The notes: generated by a model from the letters alone, not told the origin. A stretch of 64,000 nt of DNA from Candidatus Methanovirga australis (GCA_031272765.1 JAISTD010000123.1:323-64322), one strand, 5' to 3'; positions 31,865 through 42,516 are shown, counted from the stretch's first letter. Made by a program: numbers and translations.

Positions 31865-31962
31865 GAGTCTGTCTAACAATTCTGATTCGCTGAACAAAAA
31901 TTTAATTTATAGATTTTTATTGAAAATTATTTAAATTATTTTAAATATTTAAAAATTATTCA
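31865..31962 (+). repeat. MITE family B, left-hand partial copy (about 98 bp)
   Basis: About 90 percent identical to 32871-32968 (GAGTCTGTCTAACAATTCTGA...TTATTGAAAATTATTTAAATTATTTTAAATATTTAAAAATT). The right TIR is missing. Confidence 0.75.
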
Positions 31963-31970
31963 AAGACTAT

Positions 31971-32012
31971 AAAAAGTGTGGAGTTTTTCATGAAAATCCA
32001 TGTTTTATATAT
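31971..32012 (+). repeat. solo left-end fragment of MITE family A
   Basis: AAAAAGTGTGGAGTTTTTCATGAAAATCCATGTTTTATATA matches the left ends at 4956-4998 and 21765-21807. Confidence 0.7.
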
Positions 32013-32117
32013 ATGTTAGTGTTACACAATTTATTAATAAAATGAGAAAAACAAATAAAACGGACTTGATGGGATTTGAATCACCGACCGTAAGATTAGA
32101 AATGTTAGTGTATCTCT

Positions 32118-32489
32118 TTATTTTTTGAGTTTTTCATATTCCTCTAAAAATTTAGTTGCTTTTTCTATTGAATATTCTGCTTTGTATTTATTAAAGGATA
32201 TTAATATATCATAATCCGCTTTATTTCTGTTTTTTTCAAACTCAAAGTAATATTTACCTATATTTGTACTAAAAAGTTCTGTTTTTAAATAGTGTTTGCT
32301 GAATTCACTCATAACTCCTGAATGTGTTTTAGGAGTGATATTGATCTTTGAAAGTAATGATTTAGCTGCATAAAATATAGCATAATATGATTCACTAACA
32401 CAGAGGTTATATCTTTCATTTTCCAATGCTATTTTTGCATTAATCAGCCGTTCTTTTGCTTCATTAAAAAGTAATTCTGTATTATCCAA
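32118..32489 (-). CDS. HEPN-domain protein (toxin partner of the MNT nucleotidyltransferase)
   Basis: 123-aa helical protein with a C-terminal R-x4-DY motif (KNRNKADYD). It overlaps the upstream MNT gene by 8 nt. Confidence 0.85.
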   Translation of the reverse strand: MDNTELLFNEAKERLINAKIALENERYNLCVSESYYAIFYAAKSLLSKINITPKTHSGVMSEFSKHYLKTELFSTNIGKYYFEFEKNRNKADYDILISFNKYKAEYSIEKATKFLEEYEKLKK

Positions 32490-32784
32490 TTAAAATACCT
32501 TCTTTTTCTACATTAGCTAAAAAATTGCTGTTTTCGTTGTATTTATAGTCTTCAATTGATAGGAGTATGACAGATATATCCTCATCTTTGTTTAAATAAA
32601 TATCAAAAGCTTTACTATATATTTCATCTTCAACTTTATATTTATCTTTAGCTATTACTAAAATATCAATGTCAGAACCTTTTTTATCTTCATTTCTTGC
32701 TACAGATCCGTATAATATGATTTTTTCTATTTCTGGATGGTTTAATGATTTTGCAAAGTCTATAGCTAATTGTTTTTTATTCAT
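32482..32784 (-). CDS. minimal nucleotidyltransferase (MNT) antitoxin-type protein
   Basis: YGSVARNEDKKGSDIDILV is the polbeta-NTase signature (GS...DxD). Confidence 0.85.
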   Translation of the reverse strand: MNKKQLAIDFAKSLNHPEIEKIILYGSVARNEDKKGSDIDILVIAKDKYKVEDEIYSKAFDIYLNKDEDISVILLSIEDYKYNENSNFLANVEKEGILIG

Positions 32785-32870
32785 AAAAGACACATTAATT
32801 TAATTAGTTTTACTTTTATAATTATTTATAGATGATGTTATATAATTTTTTATCTTTTTTTATAATTATT

Positions 32871-33012
32871 GAGTCTGTCTAACAATTCTGACTCACAACA
32901 AAAATTTAATCTATCAATTTTTATTGAAAATTATTTAAATTATTTTAAATATTTAAAAATTGTTCACCTAAGTATTTATATAGGTTGAACAAAAATATTG
33001 TTGGACAGCCTC
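32871..33012 (+). mobile_element. MITE family B, complete copy (142 bp)
   Basis: The TIR GAGTCTGTCTAACAAT (32871-32886) pairs with ATTGTTGGACAGCCTC (32997-33012), matching 14 of 16. A third TIR-like copy lies at 5337-5352. Confidence 0.65.
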
Positions 33013-33233
33013 AGATATTTTTAAAAATAAAAAATGTTTGAAATTGTTATCAATTGAACTTATTTTACACAAATTAATAGAATATTTTCTTATTCAAATT
33101 CTGTTAAAAGACAAATAAGATATAGGATTATAATTATTTTTAAAAAATAGTCGCTACGATCTTTAATTATTATAAACTTTGATGTTAAATATATATGAAC
33201 ATATTAAAAAGTAAATTGATATAAAAATAAGAA

Positions 33234-34532
33234 CTAATACATTTCTTTCAAGGTTTCAATGGCTGTTTTATCATTATTCCAAGGTTTAAAAGCTAAATCA
33301 ACATATATTATAGCTTCATTTTCGTCACCCATACCATAATATTCTGGCATCTGTTTAGGAATTTTCTTTTTATTAATTAAGTATGGAACGACATATTTAT
33401 TTGAGTCAACAGCTTTATGATAGAGAGTTTTAATTAATTTTTTCTCTTGTTTAGTTTTTATAGAAAGTAGTAATTTAGAGAATTCCCATGTAGCACTATC
33501 TTCTTCATCATAGAATTCTAATAATTTTATAACTTCATTTAGTCTGTTGAGTTCCAATAATCTATTAATTAAAATATATCTGATTCCTTGATTGTCACCA
33601 GGGTTAAGTTCCAACATATATTTTAGTTGATCAACTGACTTTTCTGTTTCTCCATCATTCCATAATAACATTGAATACTTTAATAAATGTGACATGAAAG
33701 GACGAGTTTCAAGCAATGACCAAAAATCCCCTTTATGTTCTTTAAAATATTCTTTACCCTTAGTGGAACGAAATAGATCAATGGCTTCTTCGTAATCATC
33801 AATTGTTTCTAAAGGATTGTTTCCATTTATTACATAATCATCAAATAAATCTATATCCTCATCCAAATCAATATTTAAACTAATTTTATTGCCAAAAATA
33901 GATTTTAAACATTCTTCTGCATATTTTTTGGGCATAGGAGTTCTAAGAATGTCGATAAAATTGTTTAAGTCATAATTATCAATTTCGTTCCCATTTCTTT
34001 CAACGATGAAATTCTTTAATTCGTTTATATACTCTTCTTCATCCATCTCCAGATTTTCTGCAATTAAGTTGGCTGGTGTTACATTATTTTCTTCAAAATT
34101 CATTAATTCAGATTTAGGAATGATCAACCCATCTTCTGTAATGACCATATCTCTCAGTGGATTATTTTCAAGCATCCGATTAGTAGAAAATTCTTTATCG
34201 TAGTGACCTAAGTTGACTGTGTCCCTAATTTTCTTTGCTTTTGTTGAGACTGTGGACTTTTTCGTGTTAAAATAGTCACATATATCATCAGGAGTCAAAT
34301 AAGGTTCAAAAGACTTATCAAATAAGAAGTTTATCTGACCAAGTGCATATATAACAGCACTAGCCCAGATTTCAAGATTTCCTCTTTTAAATGGAACATC
34401 ATGCTTTCTCCCTAATTTTTTCACGAGTTTGTTAGAGAGTTCTTTATATTCATCATCAATATATTCTTCAGCGAAAGTTTCTACCATTTCTAACAGCTGT
34501 TTTTCTTTATTTTTAGTTTTTTCATCAGACAT
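33234..34532 (-). CDS. hypothetical protein with a helical-repeat (TPR-like) C-terminal half
   Basis: 432-aa intact ORF. The N-terminal block WASAVIYALGQINFLFDKSFEPYLTPDDI resembles a domain of unknown function that I recall as DUF6398. The centre is acidic and the C-terminal half is helical-repeat-like. Confidence 0.7.
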   Translation of the reverse strand: MSDEKTKNKEKQLLEMVETFAEEYIDDEYKELSNKLVKKLGRKHDVPFKRGNLEIWASAVIYALGQINFLFDKSFEPYLTPDDICDYFNTKKSTVSTKAKKIRDTVNLGHYDKEFSTNRMLENNPLRDMVITEDGLIIPKSELMNFEENNVTPANLIAENLEMDEEEYINELKNFIVERNGNEIDNYDLNNFIDILRTPMPKKYAEECLKSIFGNKISLNIDLDEDIDLFDDYVINGNNPLETIDDYEEAIDLFRSTKGKEYFKEHKGDFWSLLETRPFMSHLLKYSMLLWNDGETEKSVDQLKYMLELNPGDNQGIRYILINRLLELNRLNEVIKLLEFYDEEDSATWEFSKLLLSIKTKQEKKLIKTLYHKAVDSNKYVVPYLINKKKIPKQMPEYYGMGDENEAIIYVDLAFKPWNNDKTAIETLKEMY

Positions 34533-34708
34533 TTTATCATTTAAATTAGAGTTTAATATTAGATAAATTAACTGTTAATTACTTCAACATTTAAAATTCG
34601 ATCTATGATTAAAATTCAATGATTTTAACCTTTTCTAAGACTTTTAATTTTGAATACTGATCTGGAATTTATTTTTTTCATTATTTAATTATTAGACTTT
34701 ATAAATGA

Positions 34709-35917
34709 TTAGGAGTAATTAACTTTTCTTTCTAAAATAGCTTTAAGTTGATTAAAATCAGGTTCAATTTCAATTGGTTTGGATGAGGCTCTAATAGCTA
34801 CATCAGGATCTTTAAGTAAATGCCCTGTAACAACAGCAACAACTCTTTCACCTTTATCAATGATACCTTTATCAACTAATTTTCTAAGACCAGCAATTGA
34901 TGATGCTGAAGCAGGCTCAACACCAATTCCTTCGACTCTTGCAAGTAGTTTTTGAGCATCTAATATTTCTTCATCTGTCACTGAGTCGACATATCCATCT
35001 GAATCGTATATTGCTCTAAGAGCCTTAATGTGACTAACAGGATTACCTATTCTGATAGCTGTTGCCACAGTTTCAGGATTTTCAACAGGATTTATACTAT
35101 AAGATTTATTTTTAAAGGCTTCAACAATAGGAGCAGCTCCTTCTGCCTGAATTCCAGTCATAATAGGTTTTTCATCAATATAATCGGCATTATGAAATTC
35201 AGTGATCCCTTTCCAAATAGCTGATATATTTCCAGCATTTCCAATAGGTAGTATGATCCTGTCTGGGGATTCCCATCCTAATTCATCAATAATTTCAAAA
35301 CCTATGGACTTTTGCCCTTCTAATCTAAATGGATTAATGGAATTGAGAAGATAAATATATTTTTCATTAGCTAATCTTGTGGCTGATTCAAGTGCTTGGT
35401 CAAAGTTTCCATTAATGGATAAAACTTCACTACCATAGAACATCGCCTGAGCTAATTTTCCAAGAGCAACTTTACCTGCAGGTAAAAGTACTATTGATCT
35501 TAAACCTCCACGGGCAGCATATGCAGCAAGAGATGCGGATGTATTGCCAGTTGATGCACAACCAACGGTATCAACACCAAGTTCGACAGCTTTAGTAACT
35601 CCAACACTCATTCCTCTGTCTTTAAAACTGCCTGTTGGATTTGAACCTTCTACTTTAACATAAAGCTCAATACCTAATTCTTTTCCAATTTTATCACATC
35701 TACAAAATGGTGTTCCTCCTTCATCTAATGAAACAACATTGGAATAGTCAACTGGTATAAATTCCTTATATTTCCAAAGTCCTAATTTTCTTCCACCAAA
35801 AACATCTTTTGAAATGTTATTCTCAACTTCAACCTCTAAAACAGAACCACATTTTTCACAAATGTAGACTATCTCATCATTATCATATGTTTGCTCGCAT
35901 GAGACACATTTTATCAT
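34709..35917 (-). CDS. thrC: threonine synthase
   Basis: N-terminal Zn ribbon (CVSCEQ...CEKCG) and the PLP-lysine motif TGSFKDRGMS. The ATG at 35917 is preferred over the TTG at 35950. Confidence 0.93.
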   Translation of the reverse strand: MIKCVSCEQTYDNDEIVYICEKCGSVLEVEVENNISKDVFGGRKLGLWKYKEFIPVDYSNVVSLDEGGTPFCRCDKIGKELGIELYVKVEGSNPTGSFKDRGMSVGVTKAVELGVDTVGCASTGNTSASLAAYAARGGLRSIVLLPAGKVALGKLAQAMFYGSEVLSINGNFDQALESATRLANEKYIYLLNSINPFRLEGQKSIGFEIIDELGWESPDRIILPIGNAGNISAIWKGITEFHNADYIDEKPIMTGIQAEGAAPIVEAFKNKSYSINPVENPETVATAIRIGNPVSHIKALRAIYDSDGYVDSVTDEEILDAQKLLARVEGIGVEPASASSIAGLRKLVDKGIIDKGERVVAVVTGHLLKDPDVAIRASSKPIEIEPDFNQLKAILERKVNYS

Positions 35918-36081
35918 TAAAATCACTATAAACAATATTTTAATATACAATAATTAATAAATATTAACTATCAAATTAACAACTCTTAAATATTCAGATA
36001 TTGTATCTATTTAAAGTTTAATTAATATATATTTTCATAGTTGAAAAGTATTTTATTAATAATTAATTATAGGATGAAAAA

Positions 36082-36993
36082 ATGATTGAATCGTATGAAA
36101 AAGCAGGGAAAATTGTTTCAAAAGTTAGAAATGAAGCATCTGAATTAATAAAAGATGGTTTAGCTATTATGGACTTAGTTGAGTTTGTTGAAAGTGAAAT
36201 AACTAAGAAAGGTGCTGGAATAGCTTTTCCGTGTAATGTTTCTGTAAACGAAATAACAGCCCATTATACATCTCCACCAAATGATGAAAATATTATAAAA
36301 GGAGGAGATTTAGTTAAATTAGATTTAGGAGCTGAAATTAATGGTTATATAGCTGATTCTGCAATTACAATAATGGCAAAAGGAGATAATGACTTAAATG
36401 ATGATGAGATAAATAAAAATGAGGTTTTAATAGAAGCATCTGATGCTGCTTTAGAGGTAGCTATTAGCACAGTTAAAGCAGGGGTTGAAGTTAATGAAAT
36501 TGGTGGGGAAGTTGAGAAAGTAATCACTAACTTAGGTTTCAATCCTATTCGAAATCTTACGGGCCATAGTGTAGATCAATGGAATTTACATTCTGGATTA
36601 TCAATTCCGAATTTTAAAGATAATAAACCTGGAATATTAGAAGAAGGTGATGTCTTAGCTATTGAACCTTTCGTTACAGATGGTGTGGGTTATGTTATTG
36701 ATATACCTACAGTGAACATATTTAAATTTTTAAAAATCCGACCTTTTAGACTTCCATATACAAAAAAAGTTTTAAACCATATTAAAGGAAACTATCCTCA
36801 TTTGCCATTTTCATTCCGATGGTTAACAGATGAATTTAGTGTTAATAGACTTAATTCAACCATAAAAGAGTTAGTAGATTCAATGGCAATTTATCCATAC
36901 TATACCTTACGAGAAAAAAGTGGTGCATGGGTATCGCAAAAAGAACACACGGTTATTGTAGAGAAAGAAGGTTGCTATATTACCACCAAATAA
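36082..36993 (+). CDS. map: methionine aminopeptidase, type 2 (archaeal)
   Basis: AFPCNVSVNEITAHYT, DLGAEINGYIADSA and the HSVDQWNLHSG metal ligands. Length is 303 aa. Confidence 0.95.
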   Translation: MIESYEKAGKIVSKVRNEASELIKDGLAIMDLVEFVESEITKKGAGIAFPCNVSVNEITAHYTSPPNDENIIKGGDLVKLDLGAEINGYIADSAITIMAKGDNDLNDDEINKNEVLIEASDAALEVAISTVKAGVEVNEIGGEVEKVITNLGFNPIRNLTGHSVDQWNLHSGLSIPNFKDNKPGILEEGDVLAIEPFVTDGVGYVIDIPTVNIFKFLKIRPFRLPYTKKVLNHIKGNYPHLPFSFRWLTDEFSVNRLNSTIKELVDSMAIYPYYTLREKSGAWVSQKEHTVIVEKEGCYITTK

Positions 36994-37288
36994 CAAAATT
37001 AATACCAGAATTTCACTTTTTTTATAATTTATATCATTTTCATATGAAACTATTTTAATTTAACTTGTTTAAACGAATTGATTATTATTAGACCTATTTT
37101 TTTATTTTTTCCATCTTAAAGTAAAAATTAAAGTTGTAGACAAAATAAATAAAGATAACAATGGAATAGAAGTATTACTTAATCCAATATTATACAATCC
37201 AGCTGAAGTCAGCATTAACATGCCGCCCATTGAATTTTTTACATAGTCAAAATTTTAAACTTCCTAATCATTATGAAGTTATCTAAAC

Positions 37289-38503
37289 TTAATTTGAAAG
37301 ATTATTAATCAAATGTTTAGATAACCTCTTTGATAAAGCTAAAATAGCTATTATTGGTGGAGCTCCTGGTGCTTCAGGTATTACACTTGCATCAGAAACA
37401 TATAATCCTTCATACTCGGTTTTAAGATTATTGTCAACAATATCCCCTATGGCTGCTGTTCCTCCTGGATGAGCCCCTCTTAAATGAGTTGAAGTGATCG
37501 TATTTGGATCGACACCAGCTCCCACCAGTACTGCTCCTGCTGTTGCAGCTCCTTCTGCTATAAATCTAATGTCTTTAATTGTATTTTCTTTGATTACTTT
37601 TCCCTCTACGATTTTCCCGTGATTATCGTCAGGAACTTTAACCATTATACTTAAAATATCTTCTTTCTTAATATTTTCATCATCCATATTCTGATTAATT
37701 ATAACTGAGTAGTGAGGTGCAAGAACAAAGTTTTTGCCTTTGATTAAAGCATTCATTGTAACTTCGCTGTTGTAATTTATATCTTTCAGAACTCCTCCAA
37801 CTGTAACAAATGGATCTATAAATAAGTTTTCTCCTGCTTTTAAGCCTAATTTTTGTAGTATAATAGCTGAGTTAATTGCTCCTGCTGATAGAACTACAAT
37901 ATCTGATTCTATAGTTTCTGTAGAATCATCTGAATGTTTAATTTTAGCACCTTTAACTGTTTTATTTTCTGTTAAAATATCGGTTACTTCAGCTTCACTT
38001 ATTAATTCTGCTCCATTTTCAATAGCTATTTTAATAAAGTCTTTTGATGTCCATTTAGCATCATTAGGACATCCCCATGCACATTTACCACATTGAATAC
38101 AATCTTCTTCTCTAATAAATTTTGGCATTTTTATTACTGGTAGTCCTATTGACTTAGCAGCTTCCATAAATTTTTTGGTTCCTTCTCCAAAGTGACTGTC
38201 GTCTAATTGATGAACACGGATTAATTCTTCTACTTCACTTAGTTCAGTTGATATATCTACATTGTATTTTTTCAGTTCTTCCTCAAGAAGTCTAACACCG
38301 TTTCCAGCTGCCACTACACTTGACCCTCCAACACAAGTTGTTTTAGATAGATCTAAACAATCATCTATTTTGTCATAGTATTTGTATGAGTCTTTTACAT
38401 CAACTGAAGGACCTTTTTCAATAATAGTAACTGGAATATTAGATTTTGCAAGTTCCATAGCTATTATAGATCCACCTACCCCAGTTCCAATAATTAATAC
38501 CAT
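37289..38503 (-). CDS. FAD-dependent oxidoreductase (GMC-like) with an inserted CxxCxxCxxxCP cluster motif
   Basis: GTGVGGSIIAMELA dinucleotide fold, CIQCGKCAWGCPNDAKW, and a C-terminal GAHPGGTAAIG. The ATG at 38503 follows an SD GGTG. Confidence 0.75.
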   Translation of the reverse strand: MVLIIGTGVGGSIIAMELAKSNIPVTIIEKGPSVDVKDSYKYYDKIDDCLDLSKTTCVGGSSVVAAGNGVRLLEEELKKYNVDISTELSEVEELIRVHQLDDSHFGEGTKKFMEAAKSIGLPVIKMPKFIREEDCIQCGKCAWGCPNDAKWTSKDFIKIAIENGAELISEAEVTDILTENKTVKGAKIKHSDDSTETIESDIVVLSAGAINSAIILQKLGLKAGENLFIDPFVTVGGVLKDINYNSEVTMNALIKGKNFVLAPHYSVIINQNMDDENIKKEDILSIMVKVPDDNHGKIVEGKVIKENTIKDIRFIAEGAATAGAVLVGAGVDPNTITSTHLRGAHPGGTAAIGDIVDNNLKTEYEGLYVSDASVIPEAPGAPPIIAILALSKRLSKHLINNLSN

Positions 38504-38868
38504 TAAATTCACCTTTTATATTTAAGTTTTCTATTTAATCTAACTATTTATTTATTAAACGAAATACTAATATTTTAAATACTAAATTTTTGTTAACTTA
38601 TAACAATTGTTATTTAAGCTGTATTATTATATAAATGCTGTGGTTTTATGAATAATATATTATAACATGTAGATATTTGTATACATATCTATCTGGAATA
38701 CTATTGAATTCCTGATTATTTTAGCTTAAGTAATTAAAATGTATAGGATAAGAGTAAAAATAAGCAGGGATAAGTTTATTTAAAAAAAGAATATTAAAAT
38801 TAAGAATAAAGTTTTAAAAAAAGAATTAAAAAAAATAAAAAAATAAAATTAAAATAGAATACCTGTGA

Positions 38869-39714
38869 TTAGAATGGAACAGGTAATCCCATTTCAACTC
38901 TTTTTTTAATTTCATCAACAGCTTTTGTTTTTTTACCATCAGAAAGTTTTTCTAATATGCCTAATCCTGGCTTTACACTATCCATTGGTTTAGTTTCAAT
39001 AAGACCAGCTTCGACGGCTTTATCAAATATTGATTTTCCGTTTTCAGTTCTTGATAACACTGTGGACCAACCGTCAGGAGCACCAACAGATCCAGTTGAA
39101 ACATCGGATAGTTCAGCAGTATAATCTTTACATATATTACAACCTGCCTGCTCATATCCATGCGTTTCTTTCAATGGAATTGAAAGCTCTTCTTCATCTG
39201 TGTATGCCCAGAATTTTCCTTTTCCAATGTCCATTTTTAATGTCATATCCATAGAAGAGTGCATTTTTTCATTGATAAAAGTTTCAAGTGATGCATATGG
39301 GAAGTTTTCCATGCAGAAAATACCAACAACAAATTTGATCTTATCAGCTAAGAATCTTGTTGAAAATGGATATGATTGCATTTTTCTTATTCCCATTAAT
39401 TGACATGGAATTGCAACAGTTCCTACTTTTTCGAGACCATACTGTCTTACTGCAAGCTTCAATGCCCATACATTTGGTGAAAATGTATATTTGGTTCCTG
39501 CAGCAGAGATAATTTCATCAGATGTTAAAGCAACAAGTGGCTCTGGTTTGAACATTTCTTCTGTAGGTCCTGCAACAACAGCACCTTCAATGATTTTTTC
39601 ATCTAATGCATAGGATAATAGTGCTGTTACTATTCCACCATCTTGAGATACTTTTTGAATTGATTTATCAGTAGCTCTCGCACATATTGCGTCTTTATAA
39701 GTGCCTAATACCAT
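38869..39714 (-). CDS. frhB: F420-reducing hydrogenase subunit beta
   Basis: FrhB/FdhB-family sequence in the last position of the frhADGB gene order. Confidence 0.92.
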   Translation of the reverse strand: MVLGTYKDAICARATDKSIQKVSQDGGIVTALLSYALDEKIIEGAVVAGPTEEMFKPEPLVALTSDEIISAAGTKYTFSPNVWALKLAVRQYGLEKVGTVAIPCQLMGIRKMQSYPFSTRFLADKIKFVVGIFCMENFPYASLETFINEKMHSSMDMTLKMDIGKGKFWAYTDEEELSIPLKETHGYEQAGCNICKDYTAELSDVSTGSVGAPDGWSTVLSRTENGKSIFDKAVEAGLIETKPMDSVKPGLGILEKLSDGKKTKAVDEIKKRVEMGLPVPF

Positions 39715-39725
39715 CTTTATTCCTC

Positions 39726-40583
39726 CTATAGCCCTAAATCCTGTTTTATACGATCTTCAGGGAACCAGGTACGCGGACAATGGATAGAACAACTACCACA
39801 TTTGACACATCTGTTTTTATTACACTCAGGTCTACCTTGATTCATTGTAAGTGCTCTTGTTGGACATGCCATCGCACAAGTTCCACAACCAGTGCATAAT
39901 GCTTTATTCACTACTATTGTTTGTAAATCACAACCACAATTTAGTGAACATGTAGCCAAATCCATCATTGGTTGTAAATAATCCATATCTCCATTAATTA
40001 GAGCAACAACAGATTTTGCAATTATTTCTGGAGAAGCTGGACAACCTGGAAGTGTAAGGTCAACTTTTACTAAATCAGAAATTGGTACAAAGGATTCATG
40101 TTTAGGCTGAGCTTGTTGCCCTCCTCTACAGAACCTTGTAAAACATCCATTTTTAGCACAAGATCCAAAAGCACATACTAATTTTGCTTTTTTTCTTAAT
40201 TCGTAAAGTTCTTTTAAACTATGTTCATCTTGTAAACAGACAGAGCCTTCTACAAGAGCTAAGTCCATTTCAGGCATTGGATTTTCGTCATCCCACCAAA
40301 CATCAACTAAAGTTTGACCATAAACTACATCTACCATATTTGTAAGTATTTCTGCAAGAATGTCATAGTTTTCACTTAATGACATTATTTCTCCAGTACA
40401 TCCACTTAAGTGAAAGTACCCTAATCTTGGTTTTTCAGCCACCTTTTCAACCCCCTGTTGAGATTCTTCTTTCCTGGCTTCATTTGGTTTAGCTTCTACT
40501 TTTGGGTTTTCTTTTATTTTTGGGTTTTCTTTAATCTTTGGCTTACTTCCAAATCCTAAAAGCTTTTTTAATTTTTCAAACAT
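39726..40583 (-). CDS. frhG: F420-reducing hydrogenase subunit gamma (small subunit)
   Basis: [11 protein letters not shown] proximal-cluster motif and a C-terminal 2x[4Fe-4S] region ([12 protein letters not shown]...[12 protein letters not shown]). A Lys-rich N-terminal extension contains [14 protein letters not shown]. Confidence 0.93.
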   Translation of the reverse strand: MFEKLKKLLGFGSKPKIKENPKIKENPKVEAKPNEARKEESQQGVEKVAEKPRLGYFHLSGCTGEIMSLSENYDILAEILTNMVDVVYGQTLVDVWWDDENPMPEMDLALVEGSVCLQDEHSLKELYELRKKAKLVCAFGSCAKNGCFTRFCRGGQQAQPKHESFVPISDLVKVDLTLPGCPASPEIIAKSVVALINGDMDYLQPMMDLATCSLNCGCDLQTIVVNKALCTGCGTCAMACPTRALTMNQGRPECNKNRCVKCGSCSIHCPRTWFPEDRIKQDLGL

Positions 40584-40585
40584 TG

Positions 40586-41056
40586 CTAAACCCCTATTTC
40601 TTCTAAAATTATATCAATGGCTTTGGGAATAGCCTTTTTAACAGGTTCTGTTAAACCCATTTCAACATCTGGTGCAGAGATTTCTTTTGGTTTACAACCG
40701 ACAATAATAACTTCTATATTTTCTGCTAATTCATGTAACGGTTCTTCGACAGGCCATGTATGTGCATTTTGATATGTTCCTTTTGGCATATCATGTGGAG
40801 AGAATATTTTAACTGTTCCTGGCTCACTATCAAATTCAACAACATCTACTACAATTAATTTTTTCCACTTTTCATCTGGAAGAGTGAAAATAAAATGTGT
40901 TGCTCCAGTACCAGCATCAACAAACATGGTCTCCTCTGGCATATCTTTATCAGCGAAATATTCTTCTAATGCATTAATTACAGATGGACCAAAACCGTCA
41001 TCTTTGAAAAGGACATTTCCACATCCTACAACCAATGTCTCTACATTATATGGCAT
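40586..41056 (-). CDS. frhD: F420-reducing hydrogenase maturation endopeptidase
   Basis: HycI/HybD-like [15 protein letters not shown]. Length is 156 aa. Confidence 0.9.
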   Translation of the reverse strand: MPYNVETLVVGCGNVLFKDDGFGPSVINALEEYFADKDMPEETMFVDAGTGATHFIFTLPDEKWKKLIVVDVVEFDSEPGTVKIFSPHDMPKGTYQNAHTWPVEEPLHELAENIEVIIVGCKPKEISAPDVEMGLTEPVKKAIPKAIDIILEEIGV

Positions 41057-41076
41057 TTTATTCCCTATGAACTAAT

Positions 41077-42294
41077 TTATATTCTCACCATTTCATCTTT
41101 GACAACACTCTTGTCCTCATCATCAACTACCATCACATGAGTAGCACAAGATAAACAAGGATCGTAAGCTCTAATAACATGAGCTCCCCATTCATGATGG
41201 AAACCTTCGGTTGCTGTACCCATAGTTGGAATGTTCCAAGTTGTAGGGACTAAAGCACTATAAAATCCAACTTTGCCATCAACAACTTGTGCTAAATGCA
41301 CATCAAGCCCTCTTGGAGCTTCAATAGCACCAACACCTAATTTATTCGTGCCTCTAAAATCGACATCAGCTAAAGTAGGAGCAGAAGTGTCTAATTCGTC
41401 TAAAATTTCAATAGCTCTTGATAAATATGTTTTCATTTCTAAAGCCCTTGATACATGCTGTGCAATAACACCTTTTTCTGTAAAACCTCTGAATTTAGCA
41501 GCTCTCGCTCTTGGTCCAGCTTCAACATTAACTCCATCAAACAATGGAATTGTTGTACAAGCTCGTTTACCAACTTCAGGATCATCATACCAACTTTCAG
41601 GCATTATTTCAGTGAATCTATCTAAGTCAAAGAAGTTTCTGTCACCGTATATATTTGCACTTGCAAATAGTGGCTGATTAACGACACCTAAACCTTTAGG
41701 GAAACCTTTTTTTTCGACTAAGTCTAAGATTAAATCAACATGCGCATTAACTTTAGGAACTAAAGCTTTTAATCTTGTGTACAATTTCCTTCTTGCAAGT
41801 TCAGAAATATTTCTTGCCATTCCTCCAACTCTTACATCAGATGGATGAATACCTTCACCAGCTACCATATCCACGACATATTGTGCAGTTTTTCTTATTT
41901 CGCCAACACTGTTAACAGCAGTGGCAAATAATTCTTCAGGCACAATGTCAGTAGCTATTAAAAAATGATGTATAGCATGACTATTAAGATTACTTGCAGA
42001 TAGAGTAAGCTCTCTTAATAATTTTGCAGATTTAGGAAGGTCAACATCTAAAGAATCATCAATGGCTTCAACTGAAGCTAAGGTATGTGGAACTGGACAC
42101 ACACCACAGATTCTTTGACAGAAAACAGGAGCTGTCTCAGGAGCTTTCCCTGTAACCATCTTCTCTAAACCTCTTACAGGAGTGATACTAAAGTATCTTC
42201 CTTTGGTAACTATCCCTTCATCGTCAACTTCCATAACAAGCTCAGCATGTCCTTCTTGTCTTGATGTAGGAGATATAACTATTTTTTCGCTCAA
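41077..42294 (-). CDS. frhA: F420-reducing hydrogenase subunit alpha ([NiFe] large subunit)
   Basis: Motifs SRQEGH, RICGVCP, and a C-terminal DPCLSCATH followed by a cleavable tail. The likely start is TTG 42294 (giving [16 protein letters not shown]), 6 nt after an SD GAGGTG. The ORF-track GTG at 42303 lies inside that SD. Confidence 0.95.
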   Translation of the reverse strand: MSEKIVISPTSRQEGHAELVMEVDDEGIVTKGRYFSITPVRGLEKMVTGKAPETAPVFCQRICGVCPVPHTLASVEAIDDSLDVDLPKSAKLLRELTLSASNLNSHAIHHFLIATDIVPEELFATAVNSVGEIRKTAQYVVDMVAGEGIHPSDVRVGGMARNISELARRKLYTRLKALVPKVNAHVDLILDLVEKKGFPKGLGVVNQPLFASANIYGDRNFFDLDRFTEIMPESWYDDPEVGKRACTTIPLFDGVNVEAGPRARAAKFRGFTEKGVIAQHVSRALEMKTYLSRAIEILDELDTSAPTLADVDFRGTNKLGVGAIEAPRGLDVHLAQVVDGKVGFYSALVPTTWNIPTMGTATEGFHHEWGAHVIRAYDPCLSCATHVMVVDDEDKSVVKDEMVRI

Positions 42295-42364
42295 ATCTGT
42301 CACCTCATTTCATTATCGGATAATGATTTATCATAATCCAATATGACTTATATTTAATTTTTTG

Positions 42365-42372
42365 TATATAAA
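42365..42372 (-). promoter_or_regulatory. candidate TATA box (TTTATATA on the minus strand) for the frh operon
   Basis: About 71 nt upstream of the frhA start. The motif is common in AT-rich DNA, so support is weak. Confidence 0.25.
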
Positions 42373-42478
42373 TAAAACTTTGTTTTACGAAGTAAAAAGA
42401 AAGATTTATATAGTAGATTTTTTATTTTTAATACTTATTTAAAATAGATTATTAATAAAAAAAGTTTCTATTAATATA

Positions 42479-42516
42479 TATCAAAAATTAGTAACTTTAT
42501 CAAAAATTAGTAACTT
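42479..42516. repeat. perfect tandem duplication, 2 x 19 bp (TATCAAAAATTAGTAACTT), upstream of frh
   Basis: Read directly: 42479-42497 equals 42498-42516. A second direct repeat, TAGTATGTACT, lies at 42576-42586 and 42590-42600. Confidence 0.8.

Noticed and set aside
32061-32100. tRNA gene on the minus strand (GGTGATTCAAATCCCATCAAGTCCG)
   Set aside because: Only a T-loop-like TTCAAAT plus a possible acceptor 3' strand is present. The T stem does not pair (GGTGA versus CCCAT), and no D arm or anticodon arm can be built. At best it is a tRNA fragment and it is reported only as such.
37102-37230. 42-aa hydrophobic minus-strand ORF (MGGMLMLTSAGLYNIGLSNTSIPLLSLFILSTTLIFTLRWKK)
   Set aside because: It is plausible as a small membrane protein. 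It has no SD and no conservation evidence, and it is below a size I can support from sequence alone.
40488-40541. [18 protein letters not shown] tandem repeat in the N-terminal extension of FrhG as a possible novelty
   Set aside because: The repeat is real in the sequence. Without an alignment I cannot tell whether Lys/Pro-rich N-terminal extensions are normal for FrhG in this order, and low-complexity slippage is the simplest explanation.
41077-42303. Possible selenocysteine (UGA) recoding in the [NiFe] hydrogenase large subunit
   Set aside because: The C-terminal motif is DPCLSCATH with ordinary Cys codons and there is no in-frame TGA. It is not a fru-type selenoprotein.
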